The notes: a model not told the origin generated them from the letters alone. A DNA stretch of 64,000 nt from Chthoniobacterales bacterium (GCA_038207335.1 JBBQZX010000001.1:320001-384000); one strand, 5' to 3'; shown: positions 38,973-49,590, counted from the first letter of the stretch. Made by a program: numbers and translations.

Positions 38973-41080
38973 CATTCGGACAGCCGCTGTGGTTTTGGGC
39001 GTTCGCGATTTTTCCTGTGCTGATCGCGCTCTACTTTTCCAATGAACGGCAGCGAGGCAAACTCGTGCGAAAGCTCGTGGCGGCGCGGCTGCAGGATCGG
39101 CTCGCGGGGACGGTGAGCGTGGCGAAACGGCGCGCGCGATTCCTCCTCGTGCTGCTCGGGATGGCGGGCGTGATCCTGGCGCTCACGGAGCCTCGCTATG
39201 GCTACACGTGGGAGCAGAGCAAGCGGAATGGGCGCGACGTGATCATCGCGATCGATACGTCGAAAAGCATGCTCGCGACCGACCTCGCGCCGGACCGCCT
39301 CACGCGTGCGAAGCTCGCGGCGCAGGACTTGATCAATCAGCTCGGCGGCGACCGCGTGGGGCTCATCGCGTTTGCGGGCACGGCGTTTTTGCAGGCGCCG
39401 CTCACGGTTGATTACAGCGCGGTCGTCGGTGCGCTGAACGAGCTGGATACCGGGATCATCCCGCAGGGCGGCACGAACATCGCGTCGGCGATCAAGACGG
39501 CGCGCGATGCGTTTGGGAAAGGCGAGGGAGATCACCGCGCGCTCATCATTTTCACCGATGGCGAAGACCTCGAGGCGGCTGGCGAGCAGGCGGCGGAAGA
39601 GTTGAAAGACGCGGCGCGGATTTTTACAGTCGGGCTTGGTTCGGCGGAGGGGTCGCTCATCCCGGTGCCGGACGGTGGTGGCGGCGGTTTCGTGAAAGAC
39701 GCGAGCGGGCAAATCGTGAAGTCGCGGCTCGATGAGGCGCGGCTCAGGAAAATTGCGGAAGCCACGGGCGGCTTTTATGTTCAGCTCCAAAGCGGGCGCG
39801 CCGACACCGAGCGCCTCGTCCGCGACGGCCTCGGAAAAATGAACGAACAAGACATTGATGCGAAACTTTCGCGCCAGCCGATCGAACGGTATGAATGGCC
39901 GCTGGGCGCAGGTGCGCTATTGCTCGCGGCGTCGATGCTGATTGGCGAACGGCGCGCCGCTTCACGGCTGAAAACGCAGCTCGCGATAGCGTTGCTCGTG
40001 GCAGCGTTTGGAAGTTCCGCATGGGCAAAAAACAGCGGGGTCGAGGCTTATGACCGGCAGGAATACAAAGACGCACTCGGGTATTTCAAAGATCAGCTCA
40101 AGCTCCAGCCGGAGTCGCCGGCGCTGCATTTCGATCTCGGCAACGCGGCTTACAAATCCGGTGATTTGGACACGGCGCTGCACGCGTTCAGCCAGGCGGT
40201 GACTTCGACGGATCCGCAGCTCCGCGCGAAGGCGGAATACAATTTGGGCAACACGCTTTTCGAGCGAGGTGCGGCGCAGAAGGAGAAGGAGCCTAAGATT
40301 CAGGAATGGAAAAATGCGCTGCAGCACTACGGGCAGACGCTGAAAGTCGATCCGCAAAACAGGGACGCGGAGTTCAATCGCGACGCGATCGCGAAGCTCA
40401 TCGCAGAGCTGGAGAAAGAGCCGCCGAAGCAAGACGAGAAGAAGAAAGAGGACGAAAAGAAGGACGAAAAGAAGGACGAAAAGAAGGACGAAAAGAAGGA
40501 CGAAAAGAAGGACGAAAAGAAGGACGAAAAGAAGGACGAAAAGAAGGACAAAAAAAAAGATCAGAAACAGGATCAGGGTGAGGATCAGAAAGATCAGCAG
40601 CAGGGCGGCGAGAAGGATCAAAAAGAGCAGGAGAAAAAAGACCAACAATCCGGGTCGAAAGACCAGCAGCAGAAGGATCAGCGGGGAGAGCCCGGCGACA
40701 AAAAGGAGGGTGAACCGAAAGATCAAAACGGCGAGAAGCCGGGAGAGAAGGGCGGGGAGAAGAAGGAGGATCAGGCTCCGCAGCCTGGGAAGGAAGGCGA
40801 CGAGAAAAAGGACGGAATGCCGCCGCAACCACAGCCCGGGCAGGGCGAGCCGGAGAAGAAGCGCGCGGGTGAACTCAAGGCGGCGCAAGGGGACAGCAAG
40901 CAGGGAGAGCCGAGCGCGGAAGAGCAGCAGGAGGCGGAAGCGCTCGCCGCGGCCGAGGGGAAGATGACGGAGCAGCAGGCGAAGAATCTTTTGGATTCAC
41001 TGAAGAATGAAGATCGGCGCGTGCAGCTCACGGACCCGCGAGAAGCGAAACGAATGCGGCGAGATTTTCGCGATTGGTGA
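38969..41080 (+). CDS. Fused BatB (VWA)-BatC (TPR) protein with a Q/K/D/E-rich linker
   Basis: DTSKSM, APLTVDY, FTDGED, then TPRs (FDLGNAAYK, YNLGNTLF) and a C-terminal RDW. Confidence 0.88.
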   Translation: MTFGQPLWFWAFAIFPVLIALYFSNERQRGKLVRKLVAARLQDRLAGTVSVAKRRARFLLVLLGMAGVILALTEPRYGYTWEQSKRNGRDVIIAIDTSKSMLATDLAPDRLTRAKLAAQDLINQLGGDRVGLIAFAGTAFLQAPLTVDYSAVVGALNELDTGIIPQGGTNIASAIKTARDAFGKGEGDHRALIIFTDGEDLEAAGEQAAEELKDAARIFTVGLGSAEGSLIPVPDGGGGGFVKDASGQIVKSRLDEARLRKIAEATGGFYVQLQSGRADTERLVRDGLGKMNEQDIDAKLSRQPIERYEWPLGAGALLLAASMLIGERRAASRLKTQLAIALLVAAFGSSAWAKNSGVEAYDRQEYKDALGYFKDQLKLQPESPALHFDLGNAAYKSGDLDTALHAFSQAVTSTDPQLRAKAEYNLGNTLFERGAAQKEKEPKIQEWKNALQHYGQTLKVDPQNRDAEFNRDAIAKLIAELEKEPPKQDEKKKEDEKKDEKKDEKKDEKKDEKKDEKKDEKKDEKKDKKKDQKQDQGEDQKDQQQGGEKDQKEQEKKDQQSGSKDQQQKDQRGEPGDKKEGEPKDQNGEKPGEKGGEKKEDQAPQPGKEGDEKKDGMPPQPQPGQGEPEKKRAGELKAAQGDSKQGEPSAEEQQEAEALAAAEGKMTEQQAKNLLDSLKNEDRRVQLTDPREAKRMRRDFRDW
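40451..40546 (+). repeat. Perfect 12-bp tandem repeat (GACGAAAAGAAG)x8 encoding DEKK
   Basis: Counted directly; followed by an A9 tract at 40550-40558. Confidence 0.95.
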
Positions 41081-41095
41081 AACCGCACGAATGAC

Positions 41096-42931
41096 ATGAA
41101 AGCGCCCATTTTTCCCAACAATCCACTGGCTCTGCGCGCGCCTGTCGTGGCCGTCCTTTTCGCTCTGCTTGCGCTCTTTTTTTCACCGCGCGGTGCGCAT
41201 GGGGCGGCCGTCACGGCTTCGCTCTCTCCGAACTCGATGGCGGTCGGCGATGCGGCGCAATTAACACTGACGATCGAGGGCGCGGGGCAACTCAGCGCGC
41301 CACGCGAAATCGATGTCGAAGGGCTCACGATCCGCTACAGTCAGCGGGCGCAGCGCGCGGAATTCGCGAACGGACGCGGTTCGCTGCGCACGGAACTCAT
41401 CTATACGGTCGAGGCGGAGAAACCGGGGAAGTACACGATCCCGGTGATCGAGGTGCGTTCGGATGGGAATGCGATTCGGACGGAGCCGGTGGCTTTCACG
41501 GTCGATCCGGCGGGGTCGAACGCGCCGCCGGATGCGGGTGGCGGGACGGGGTTTGCGGAGATTTCGCTCGGGAAGAAAACGGCGTATGTCGGCGAGATGG
41601 TTCCCGCGGAATTGCGGCTTTTTGTGCCGTCGGGAGTGCGCTGGCGGGCGGAGCAGATGCCGGTTTTCGAGGGCGACGGATTTACGAAACAGAAGATGCC
41701 GGAGCCGGGGCGCGAGCATCTGCGGCGCGATGGGAAGGATTATGAAGTCGTGGTTTTCAAGACGGCAATCACGCCGAGCCGAGCAGGGAAAATCACGGTC
41801 GGGCCGACGGACATCGAGTACATCGCGCAGGTGCCGCAGCCGCGGCGAAATCGCGGGCGGTCGCCATTCGACGATCTGCTGGGCGACGGATTTTTCGACG
41901 ACCCGTTCTTTGCGCAAACCCGGGCGAAGAAAGTGACCGCGAAGGCACCTGCGGTGGATCTCGATGTGAAGCCGCTGCCGGCGGCGGGGCGGCCCGCGAG
42001 CTTCTCAGGCGCGATCGGCACGTTTACGTTTTCGGCGGAGGGGTCGCCGGGAAAAGTGAAGGTCTGCGACCCGCTCACGATGAAGCTGACGGTGACGGGA
42101 CGCGGGAATTTCGATCGCGTGAATGCGGCACAAATCCGAGATGCGGACGGGTGGCACGCGTATCCATCGACGGGCGCGTTCAAGGCGGATGACGAACTGG
42201 GGACGAGCGGCACGAAGAGCTTTGAGATGGCGGTGATCCCGGAGGTGAAGAAGACGGCGATGCCGGTTTTCGCGTTCAGTTACTTTAGCCCGATCACGGA
42301 AAAATATGTGACGCTCACGAGCGCGCCCGCGCCGCTGGAGGTGGAGGGAACGGCACCCCTGGCTACGAGCGCGGCAGCCAACTCGGTTGCGGCCGCGGCG
42401 ACTCCCGTGCCTCCGAAGCCGGTGGTGGTGAACGACATTCTCGGATTGCGATACGATTTCGGCGAGGGGCGGGGGTCGTTTGAGCCGCGGTATCGGTCGC
42501 GGAATTTTGCGATTGCGGCGGCGACGCCGGCGGCACTTATCCTGGCGTTTGCGGCGCTGCGTTCGCGGCGGAAAGATCAGGCAGCGGAGCGAGTGGCGCG
42601 CTTGCAAAAGCGGAAATCGGAGCGGTGGCGCGCGCTGCGAAATGCGCGGGATCGCTCAGGATTTCTGGACGCCGCTGCGGAGTTGCTGCGACTCGATGCC
42701 GCGCTTAAGTCGGGCCTTCCGGAGGCGACGCTCGATGCTGCATTGGTGAAAAGCGTCGCGCGGATCGATGACGAGACTGCGACGGCCATCGACGAGGTTT
42801 TTGCGAGCCGCGCAGAGCTGCTCTACGCCGGGACTGCGGCGAGCGACGGTGGGCTGCCGGAGCAGGATCGAACGCGGATTGTCGCGGCGCTCGAGCGGTA
42901 CGAAAAGAGCAAGGGAATCCCGAGCCGATGA
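41096..42931 (+). CDS. batD: BatD-family protein
   Basis: Signal peptide, repeated beta-sandwich domains (AYVGE, VKPLP...SFSGAIG, G-GN), C-terminal TM; operon position. Confidence 0.87.
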   Translation: MKAPIFPNNPLALRAPVVAVLFALLALFFSPRGAHGAAVTASLSPNSMAVGDAAQLTLTIEGAGQLSAPREIDVEGLTIRYSQRAQRAEFANGRGSLRTELIYTVEAEKPGKYTIPVIEVRSDGNAIRTEPVAFTVDPAGSNAPPDAGGGTGFAEISLGKKTAYVGEMVPAELRLFVPSGVRWRAEQMPVFEGDGFTKQKMPEPGREHLRRDGKDYEVVVFKTAITPSRAGKITVGPTDIEYIAQVPQPRRNRGRSPFDDLLGDGFFDDPFFAQTRAKKVTAKAPAVDLDVKPLPAAGRPASFSGAIGTFTFSAEGSPGKVKVCDPLTMKLTVTGRGNFDRVNAAQIRDADGWHAYPSTGAFKADDELGTSGTKSFEMAVIPEVKKTAMPVFAFSYFSPITEKYVTLTSAPAPLEVEGTAPLATSAAANSVAAAATPVPPKPVVVNDILGLRYDFGEGRGSFEPRYRSRNFAIAAATPAALILAFAALRSRRKDQAAERVARLQKRKSERWRALRNARDRSGFLDAAAELLRLDAALKSGLPEATLDAALVKSVARIDDETATAIDEVFASRAELLYAGTAASDGGLPEQDRTRIVAALERYEKSKGIPSR

Positions 42932-43689
42932 AACTTTTTACCACACATTTTGGAGAACTGCGGGGAGTGATTCTGCTCTCGCTGCTCGTGCTTGTCCTCG
43001 GGTGCGTGGGGAGCGTGCGGGCGGGAGATTTTGAGGCTGGGAACGAGAACTACGATGCGGGGAAATTTGGTGCGGCTCGCGAGGCTTATGAGCAGATGAT
43101 CGCGCGCGGTGAGTGGAGCGCGAATGTGTTTTACGATCTCGGAAATGCGGACTTCCGGCTCGGGGAGAAAGGGCGTGCCGCGCTGAACTACGAGCGCGCG
43201 CTCGCGCTGAACCCGAGCCACCCGGAGGCCACTGCGAATCTGCGGCTGGTGCGCGAGCAGTCGGGCGCCCATATCGCTGAGATGACGTGGATCGACCGGC
43301 TTTTCCCGCGCGTTTCGGCGGATGTCTATGCGGTGCTGGGCGCGATTGCGGTGACGGCGTTGGTCGCATTTTTGGTCCTGATGTTTGCGCGCGGAATAGG
43401 CGCGGGTTTGTGGCTCGGCTGCATCGCGAGCCTTTTGCTGGCAGGTTACGCGGGCACTGCGCTCTGGCGGGATGCTCGGGACTCGTCGCTGGCCGTGATC
43501 GTGGGCGACAAAGTCGAGGCGCGTCTCGCGCCGGCAGACCGTGCGGGTGTGGCGGAGTCGCTGCCGCCGGGGAGCCGTGTGCGCATCCGCAGCGAGCGCG
43601 GAGAGTGGATTTACTGCGACCTGCCGGGCAAGGGGCTCGGCTGGCTGCCGTCGGGAGCGCTGGAAAAGATCCGACTTTCACGCGGATGA
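42928..43689 (+). CDS. batE: BatE-like TPR + TM + SH3-like protein
   Basis: YDLGNADFRLG...YERALALNP, two TM helices, C-terminal LPPGSRVRI...GWLP. Confidence 0.82.
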   Translation: MKLFTTHFGELRGVILLSLLVLVLGCVGSVRAGDFEAGNENYDAGKFGAAREAYEQMIARGEWSANVFYDLGNADFRLGEKGRAALNYERALALNPSHPEATANLRLVREQSGAHIAEMTWIDRLFPRVSADVYAVLGAIAVTALVAFLVLMFARGIGAGLWLGCIASLLLAGYAGTALWRDARDSSLAVIVGDKVEARLAPADRAGVAESLPPGSRVRIRSERGEWIYCDLPGKGLGWLPSGALEKIRLSRG

Positions 43690-44495
43690 AAATCGCCGCG
43701 GTGATCGTCACTTCGATGCTGGCGGTCGTGGCGCAGGGTGCGGATTGGAGGCAGGAGCTATCTCCCGAGGCCCCAGGGAAATTTCCGCTCTCCCGGCCAT
43801 TCCACGCGACTTATCGCTTCGGCTGGAGCGCGCTTTCCGCAGCGGATTCGACGTTCGATTTTACGAAAACGAAAACCGGCGAGGCGCAACTCGACATGTC
43901 CGTCAACACGACGGGCGCGGTGCGAAAACTTTTCCGTCTCGACGCGCAGCACACCGCAGTGGCAACCGCCGCCACGCTGCGTCCCGTGAGCGTGCGGCAA
44001 ACGGAGATTTACAAAGACGAGACGCTGAAAACGAACCTGGATTTCGATCCCGATGGAGTGCGTCGCACTCGGACTTCGGATCATCCGACACCGGGAAACG
44101 GGAATGAAAAGCGGCTGAAATTTTCCCCGCTTTTCGACCTGCACACTGCGCTGCTTTTCATCCGCAGCCAGCGACTGCCGACCGGAGAAACGTACCGGCT
44201 CGTGGTCTATCCGTCCGTTGATCCCTACTTCGCGGAGATCACCGTGCTCGGGCGTGGGAAAGTGAAAGCCGGCGGAGCGTGGTATGACTCGATCAAGCTC
44301 GGAATCAAACTGCGGCGTGTGAGCAAGAAACTTGAGTTGCAAAAGCACGACCGTTTCAAGCGCGCAACAGCCTGGCTCACCGACGACCCCGACCGGATGC
44401 TGCTGAAAGTGGAAGCGGAAATCTTCGTGGGGAACGTCTGGGTGGAATTACGAAAAGTCGATTTCCTACCGGAAGCGACGGAACCCAAACACTGA
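43686..44495 (+). CDS. DUF3108-like exported protein
   Basis: Start MKIAAV (ATGA overlap), YRFGWS, FDLHTALLFIR, AWLTDDPDRMLLKVEAEIFVG. Confidence 0.75.
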   Translation: MKIAAVIVTSMLAVVAQGADWRQELSPEAPGKFPLSRPFHATYRFGWSALSAADSTFDFTKTKTGEAQLDMSVNTTGAVRKLFRLDAQHTAVATAATLRPVSVRQTEIYKDETLKTNLDFDPDGVRRTRTSDHPTPGNGNEKRLKFSPLFDLHTALLFIRSQRLPTGETYRLVVYPSVDPYFAEITVLGRGKVKAGGAWYDSIKLGIKLRRVSKKLELQKHDRFKRATAWLTDDPDRMLLKVEAEIFVGNVWVELRKVDFLPEATEPKH

Positions 44496-44598
44496 ATCGA
44501 GAGTCGCCGGAAGGAACACTGCGAATCGCGCCAGCGACTCGTTCAGTGACCTCGCGATCAGCGTAGCCGCGGAATTTTCGCAGCGTCGGAGCCGGGCA

Positions 44599-45501
44599 GT
44601 GCCCGGCGCCCGATTTGCAGGAGTGATCGTCATCTTGAACAACTCGGCTGGGAGCCCTACCGTCGGCGAACAACTCCGGCAGCAGGTCGCTGAGTCATTC
44701 CGGGCACACGGATTGGCTCCTGAAATCTGGCTCGCCGAAGGGGGTGCAGAGATCCTCGCGTTCGCAAAAAAAGCGGTTGATAGCGCGGACGAGACGATCG
44801 TCGCGGGCGGGGGTGACGGGACGATCAACTGCGTCGCGGGCGCGCTGCTCGGCACCGGCAAGCGTCTCGGCGTGCTGCCCCTTGGCACGTTGAACCACTT
44901 CGCGCGCGACCTCGGAATCCCGCCCGCGCTCGACGCGGCGGCGGCCACGGTCGCCGCCGGGCGAGAGCGCTGGGTCGATGTCGGCGAGGTGAATGGGCGC
45001 GTCTTTCTCAACAACGCGAGCCTCGGCCTGTATCCGCGCATTGTCCGCTCACGCACTCAGCAGCAGGAGCGTCTCGGGCGAGGAAAGTGGCATGCATTTG
45101 CGCTGGCGCTTTTTAGTGCGCTGCACGTTTTTCGCACGCAGCGGCTTTGGCTCCACATCGATGGAAAAGTGATGGAGGTACGCACGCCGTTTCTTTTCGT
45201 CGGCAACAACGCATACCGCATGGATCTTCTGAAAGTCGGCGGTCGTGAGCAGATGGACGGCGGTGTGCTTAGCGCCTATTTCGCACGCGGCACAGGGCGG
45301 CTCGGACTCATCCCTCTCGCGTGCCGTTCGCTCATCGGGCGACTCCGACAAGCGAAGAATTTCGAGGTGCTGAACGTCCCGGAGTTCCACGTCAAGACGC
45401 ACAAACGCTCGCGCCACATCGCGACGGATGGCGAAGTGACACGCATGGATTTCCCGCTCCACTTCCGCATCCGCCCGCGCGCCCTGCGCGTCATCGCTTG
45501 A
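44599..45501 (+). CDS. Diacylglycerol/lipid kinase family protein
   Basis: NNSAG, AGGGDGT, LPLGTLNHFARDL, FLNNASLG, VGNN, DGE; start uncertain. Confidence 0.9.
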   Translation: MPGARFAGVIVILNNSAGSPTVGEQLRQQVAESFRAHGLAPEIWLAEGGAEILAFAKKAVDSADETIVAGGGDGTINCVAGALLGTGKRLGVLPLGTLNHFARDLGIPPALDAAAATVAAGRERWVDVGEVNGRVFLNNASLGLYPRIVRSRTQQQERLGRGKWHAFALALFSALHVFRTQRLWLHIDGKVMEVRTPFLFVGNNAYRMDLLKVGGREQMDGGVLSAYFARGTGRLGLIPLACRSLIGRLRQAKNFEVLNVPEFHVKTHKRSRHIATDGEVTRMDFPLHFRIRPRALRVIA

Positions 45502-45651
45502 GGCGATCCCCAAGCAGCGTCGGCGCTTCATTTTGCTGCCCTACGTCAGAAGCTCACCACATCCCAGACGCGCGCCTGCCGAATTTCCACACTCTTATGC
45601 GACGAATCCCCGTTGCGGTGGTTCGAGTTTTGGAACACAGAAAGAAACACC

Positions 45652-48639
45652 ATGAGCCCCCGCATTTTTCCAGTCGCCGCACTCTTCATAATCCACGGCT
45701 CGGCCTTCGCCGCAGCGACCGCGGATTTGCCGAAAGAGCAGCTCGATTTTTTCGAGAAAAAGGTGCGGCCGATCCTCGTGGAGAATTGCTACAAGTGCCA
45801 CAGCACCGAGAAGGGAAAGGCGAAAGGCGACCTTACGCTCGACACGCGCGACGCGGTTTTGAAGGGCGGTAAAAATGGCGCGGCAGTCGTCCCCGGCGAC
45901 CCGGCGAAAAGCCTGCTCGTCACCGCGATCAATTACGAAGACGCCGATCTTCAAATGCCGCCGAAAGGCGAGAAACTCACTGCTGCGCAGATCGCCGATC
46001 TCACCGAGTGGGTGAAAATGGGCGCGCCCGATCCGCGGCTCGATGCGAAGAAAATCGGCTCGGGAAAACTCTCCGGCCTCACCGACAAAGCGCGGCAGCA
46101 TTGGGCTTATCAGCCGGTCAAAAAGCCCGCCATTCCCCTTACGAAAAACCCGCAGTGGTGCCGCACGCCGGTTGATGCGTTCATTTTACAAAAGCTCGAC
46201 GCGAAGAACATGGTGCCCTCGCCGGACGCCGACAAAGAAGCGCTCCTGCGCCGAGCGACCTATGATCTTCTCGGACTCCCTCCGACGCCGCAGGAGGTCA
46301 ATGCCTTCCTTGCCGACAAGTCGCCGAATGCCTTCGCGAAAGTCGTCGATCGCCTGCTGGCATCGCCACACTACGGCGAGCGCTGGGGCCGATTCTGGCT
46401 CGATACCGCGCGCTACGCCGACACGGCGGGCGGACAGAAAAACGCGATCAAGGACGGCGAGTATCGTTTCCCGTATGCGTGGACGTATCGCGATTACGTC
46501 ATCAAGGCCTTCAACGACGACAAGCCATACGACAAATTCATCGTCGAGCAGCTTGCCGCCGACAAACTGCCGGATATTGCAAAAGACAAGACCCGGCTTG
46601 CAGCGCTTGGATTCATTACGGTCGGCGAGCGGTTCAAGAATCCCAACGACATCATCAACGACCGTATTGACGTCGTGACCAAAGGCTTCCTCGGCATGAC
46701 GGTCACGTGCGCGCGGTGCCACGATCACATGTTCGATCCGATTCCCACGAAGGATTACTACGCGCTCCACGGCATCTTTAACTCGACGCTCGAACCGAAG
46801 GACAAGCCACTCCTCAACGACACCACTGCGGCGCAGCAGGCTGATTTTCAGCAAAAGCTCGCGGCCTTGGAACAGGAAAACCGCGACGGCTATTACAAGT
46901 TCATCGAGCGCACGCTCGGCTCGGTGCAGAACCGCATGAGCGGCTTCCTGCAGGTCGGTCAGTATGGCGGGAAAAAGCAGAACGACGCTGAAATGATCAA
47001 GGCCCGCAATGAGCTGATGGCGAAGCTGAAATTCGACAAGCAGGACCGGCAGCTCATCCAGATGGTCACTCGCGGCTCGAGAGAACACGAATCTGTCTTT
47101 GGCCCGTTCCGCATGTTCATGAACCTGGACGACTCCGACTTCTCCGAAAAAGCGCCCGCGCTCGCAGCGAGGATCGCCGCGAATTCGGAGATGAAACGGC
47201 ACATCAATCCGATCGTTGCCGCGGCGTTCAAAGACGCCTCGATTTCGTCGATTACGGATGTCGCCGACATCTACGGACGCCTTTTTACCTCACTCGCGCC
47301 GAAGCGTGCGGCCTATATCAAAGCCTGCTCTGAAGCCACTTCCGGTCCGGTCACCGGATTCGACCGCGATCTGGTGGAGATCATCGAGAGCCCGCTCGAT
47401 ATCCTCCCCGCATCGGAACTCGACAGCACGGCGATCCGCGAATTCGCGAAGAAACTGCCGAACCAGATCGGCTACGGCGCGACCTTTTCCTCCGCGAAAA
47501 TCAACGAGCTCGAACTCACCCACCCCGGCGCACCTGCGCGCGCCATGCTCGTGGCCGACGCGCCGCGTGTGAAAGATTCGAACGTCTTCATCCGTGGCCA
47601 GGCTGACGTTCGGGGAGATTTGGTGCCACGCCATTTTCTCGAAATCCTCTCCGGTGGAAAGCCGGAGCCTTTCAAAGACGGCAGCGGACGTCTCGAGCTG
47701 GCAAACGCCATCGCCAGCAAATCGAATCCGCTCACCGCGCGCGTCATCGTGAACCGCGTCTGGATGCACCATTTCGGCGAGGGCTTCGTCTCTACGCCGG
47801 ACGATCTCGGCACACAGAGCGAGCCGCCGAGCCACCCGGAGCTGCTCGATTATCTCTCCAGCTATTTCATGGATAATGGGTGGTCTTTCAAAAAGCTGCA
47901 CAAGCTCATCATGCTCTCGCGCGTCTATCAGGAGAGCACGCGCACGCTGCCGGAATACGAGACGATTGACCCGAACAACCGCATGCTCTGGCGCGCGAAT
48001 ATCCGCCGGCTCGACTTCGAGTCCACGCGCGATTCGCTGCTCGTCTTCAGCGGCAAACTCGACGGCACCATCGGCGGCAAGCCGATCAATCTCACCGAGG
48101 AGCCCTACAGCTACCGCCGCAGCGTCTATGGCTACATCGACCGCGGAAATCTGCCCGACATCATGTCGAATTTCGACTTCAGCGACCCCGACATGCCGAA
48201 CTCGAAACGAGCCTCCACCATCGTACCGCAGCAGGCGCTTTTCCTGATGAATAGCGCGATGTCCGTCGATGTCGCACGCAACGTGATCACCCGCGACGAG
48301 GTCGCGAACGCACCGAACAACCTCTCCCGCGTCTTCGCGATTTACCGCGTGATATTCCAGCGCACGCCAAAGCCCGAGGAGATTCAGCTCGCGCTGCAAT
48401 TCGTCGGCAGCGAGGTGAAATCGCAGCCGGGAATCCAGGAGGAATCCGAGTCCCCCGCCGCGCAGAAGACCGCGAACCGGCAGAAAGCGCGGGTGGCAAA
48501 CGCCAAAAAGCAGGGCCGGCAAAGCGCAACGCGCCCGATCCAAAACGAGGGCGACATGGTCGAGCGCAAGCCGCTCACGCCGTGGGAAACCTACGCCCAA
48601 GCGCTCCTGCTCTCGAACGAGTCGGCCTACGTGAACTGA
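45652..48639 (+). CDS. Planctomycete cytochrome c + DUF1549 + DUF1553 (PSD1) protein
   Basis: FFEKKVRP...CYKCH, YGERWGRFWLDTARYADT, CARCHDH, NPLTARVIVNRVWMHHFG, PSHPELLD, RRSVY, QQALFLMN. Confidence 0.94.
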   Translation: MSPRIFPVAALFIIHGSAFAAATADLPKEQLDFFEKKVRPILVENCYKCHSTEKGKAKGDLTLDTRDAVLKGGKNGAAVVPGDPAKSLLVTAINYEDADLQMPPKGEKLTAAQIADLTEWVKMGAPDPRLDAKKIGSGKLSGLTDKARQHWAYQPVKKPAIPLTKNPQWCRTPVDAFILQKLDAKNMVPSPDADKEALLRRATYDLLGLPPTPQEVNAFLADKSPNAFAKVVDRLLASPHYGERWGRFWLDTARYADTAGGQKNAIKDGEYRFPYAWTYRDYVIKAFNDDKPYDKFIVEQLAADKLPDIAKDKTRLAALGFITVGERFKNPNDIINDRIDVVTKGFLGMTVTCARCHDHMFDPIPTKDYYALHGIFNSTLEPKDKPLLNDTTAAQQADFQQKLAALEQENRDGYYKFIERTLGSVQNRMSGFLQVGQYGGKKQNDAEMIKARNELMAKLKFDKQDRQLIQMVTRGSREHESVFGPFRMFMNLDDSDFSEKAPALAARIAANSEMKRHINPIVAAAFKDASISSITDVADIYGRLFTSLAPKRAAYIKACSEATSGPVTGFDRDLVEIIESPLDILPASELDSTAIREFAKKLPNQIGYGATFSSAKINELELTHPGAPARAMLVADAPRVKDSNVFIRGQADVRGDLVPRHFLEILSGGKPEPFKDGSGRLELANAIASKSNPLTARVIVNRVWMHHFGEGFVSTPDDLGTQSEPPSHPELLDYLSSYFMDNGWSFKKLHKLIMLSRVYQESTRTLPEYETIDPNNRMLWRANIRRLDFESTRDSLLVFSGKLDGTIGGKPINLTEEPYSYRRSVYGYIDRGNLPDIMSNFDFSDPDMPNSKRASTIVPQQALFLMNSAMSVDVARNVITRDEVANAPNNLSRVFAIYRVIFQRTPKPEEIQLALQFVGSEVKSQPGIQEESESPAAQKTANRQKARVANAKKQGRQSATRPIQNEGDMVERKPLTPWETYAQALLLSNESAYVN

Positions 48640-49232
48640 AGCAGACCCATCGCCACAAGGCGGGCGAATGCGGCGAGCGTATTTGCGTCGCGAACCTCGT
48701 CGGTCGCGATCATTTCGCGGAGTTCGACGGGTGAAAATGCGCGGCAATCGGTAATCGCCTCCGCCTCGTCGTGCGCGTGGCCGTGCGGGCTCGGTTCGAC
48801 AGGACGCGCGAAGATGAGATGGCTGTGCTCATCGGTGAAACCCGCGCTCGGGAAAAAATGCCCGAGCGAAATCACCTCGCCGCCCGCCGCGAGTTCGTGC
48901 CCGCTCTCCTCGCGCAATTCCCGCAGTCCGGTCGCGCGAATCGCCGCCTCATCGTGCCCCGAGCTCTCGTCGATTTGGCCGGCGGGGAATTCCCAGATCG
49001 TCGCCCGAATCGGCACCCGCTCTTGGCGCACGAGCAGGAACTTTCCCTCCGCCGTCATCGGCGCCACCACGACCGCGCCTTTCCGATGCGCGACCGTCCA
49101 TTCAAAAGGCTCCGAGCGCGCCGGAGACGTGACCTTCACTCCATGCACCTCGAGGTAAGGATTCGCAAAAAGCGTCTCGTCCGAGACTGTCCGCCAGCCC
49201 TCGCGCGCGCGGATAAATTCGTGAAATGCCAT
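48627..49232 (-). CDS. NUDIX hydrolase (ADP-ribose pyrophosphatase-like)
   Basis: WEFPAGQID...GLRELREESG, SAGFTDE, DANT. Confidence 0.9.
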   Translation of the reverse strand: MAFHEFIRAREGWRTVSDETLFANPYLEVHGVKVTSPARSEPFEWTVAHRKGAVVVAPMTAEGKFLLVRQERVPIRATIWEFPAGQIDESSGHDEAAIRATGLRELREESGHELAAGGEVISLGHFFPSAGFTDEHSHLIFARPVEPSPHGHAHDEAEAITDCRAFSPVELREMIATDEVRDANTLAAFARLVAMGLLQFT

Positions 49233-49460
49233 CTAGCAAATGGACGCCAAACCCCCGCCGCTTGGCAAGCAGCCGAGCAATCCGTCGCGATTCGAAAGCC
49301 CCCCGCCCTCCCAGGGCATGCCGGGATCGGCGCTCCCGCCGCCGCGCCTCATCTCCCGCGCACCGTCTATTCCAAAAGCGCCGCGCTTCGCAGCCCATCC
49401 GCACGCGAAACCGCACTCCGGTGCCGATCGGATGATAATCACACCCTCCCACTATGTGCG

Positions 49461-49521
49461 ACCCAGGGTAGCTCGCAGATCGCAACCCTGGGCTGGATGA
49501 TGGAACGCCGTTGGCGTTCCC
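49461..49521. repeat. REP-like double-hairpin intergenic element
   Basis: CCCAGGGT-agctcgcagatcgca-ACCCTGGG (49462-49492) and GGAACGCC-gtt-GGCGTTCC (49502-49520). Confidence 0.6.
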
Positions 49522-49590
49522 ACTCGGCGAGCGGGCAGGGCGAGCGACGGCGTGCGGCATTTTTCGTAGGCCGGGTTGCAAGGGGTTTGC

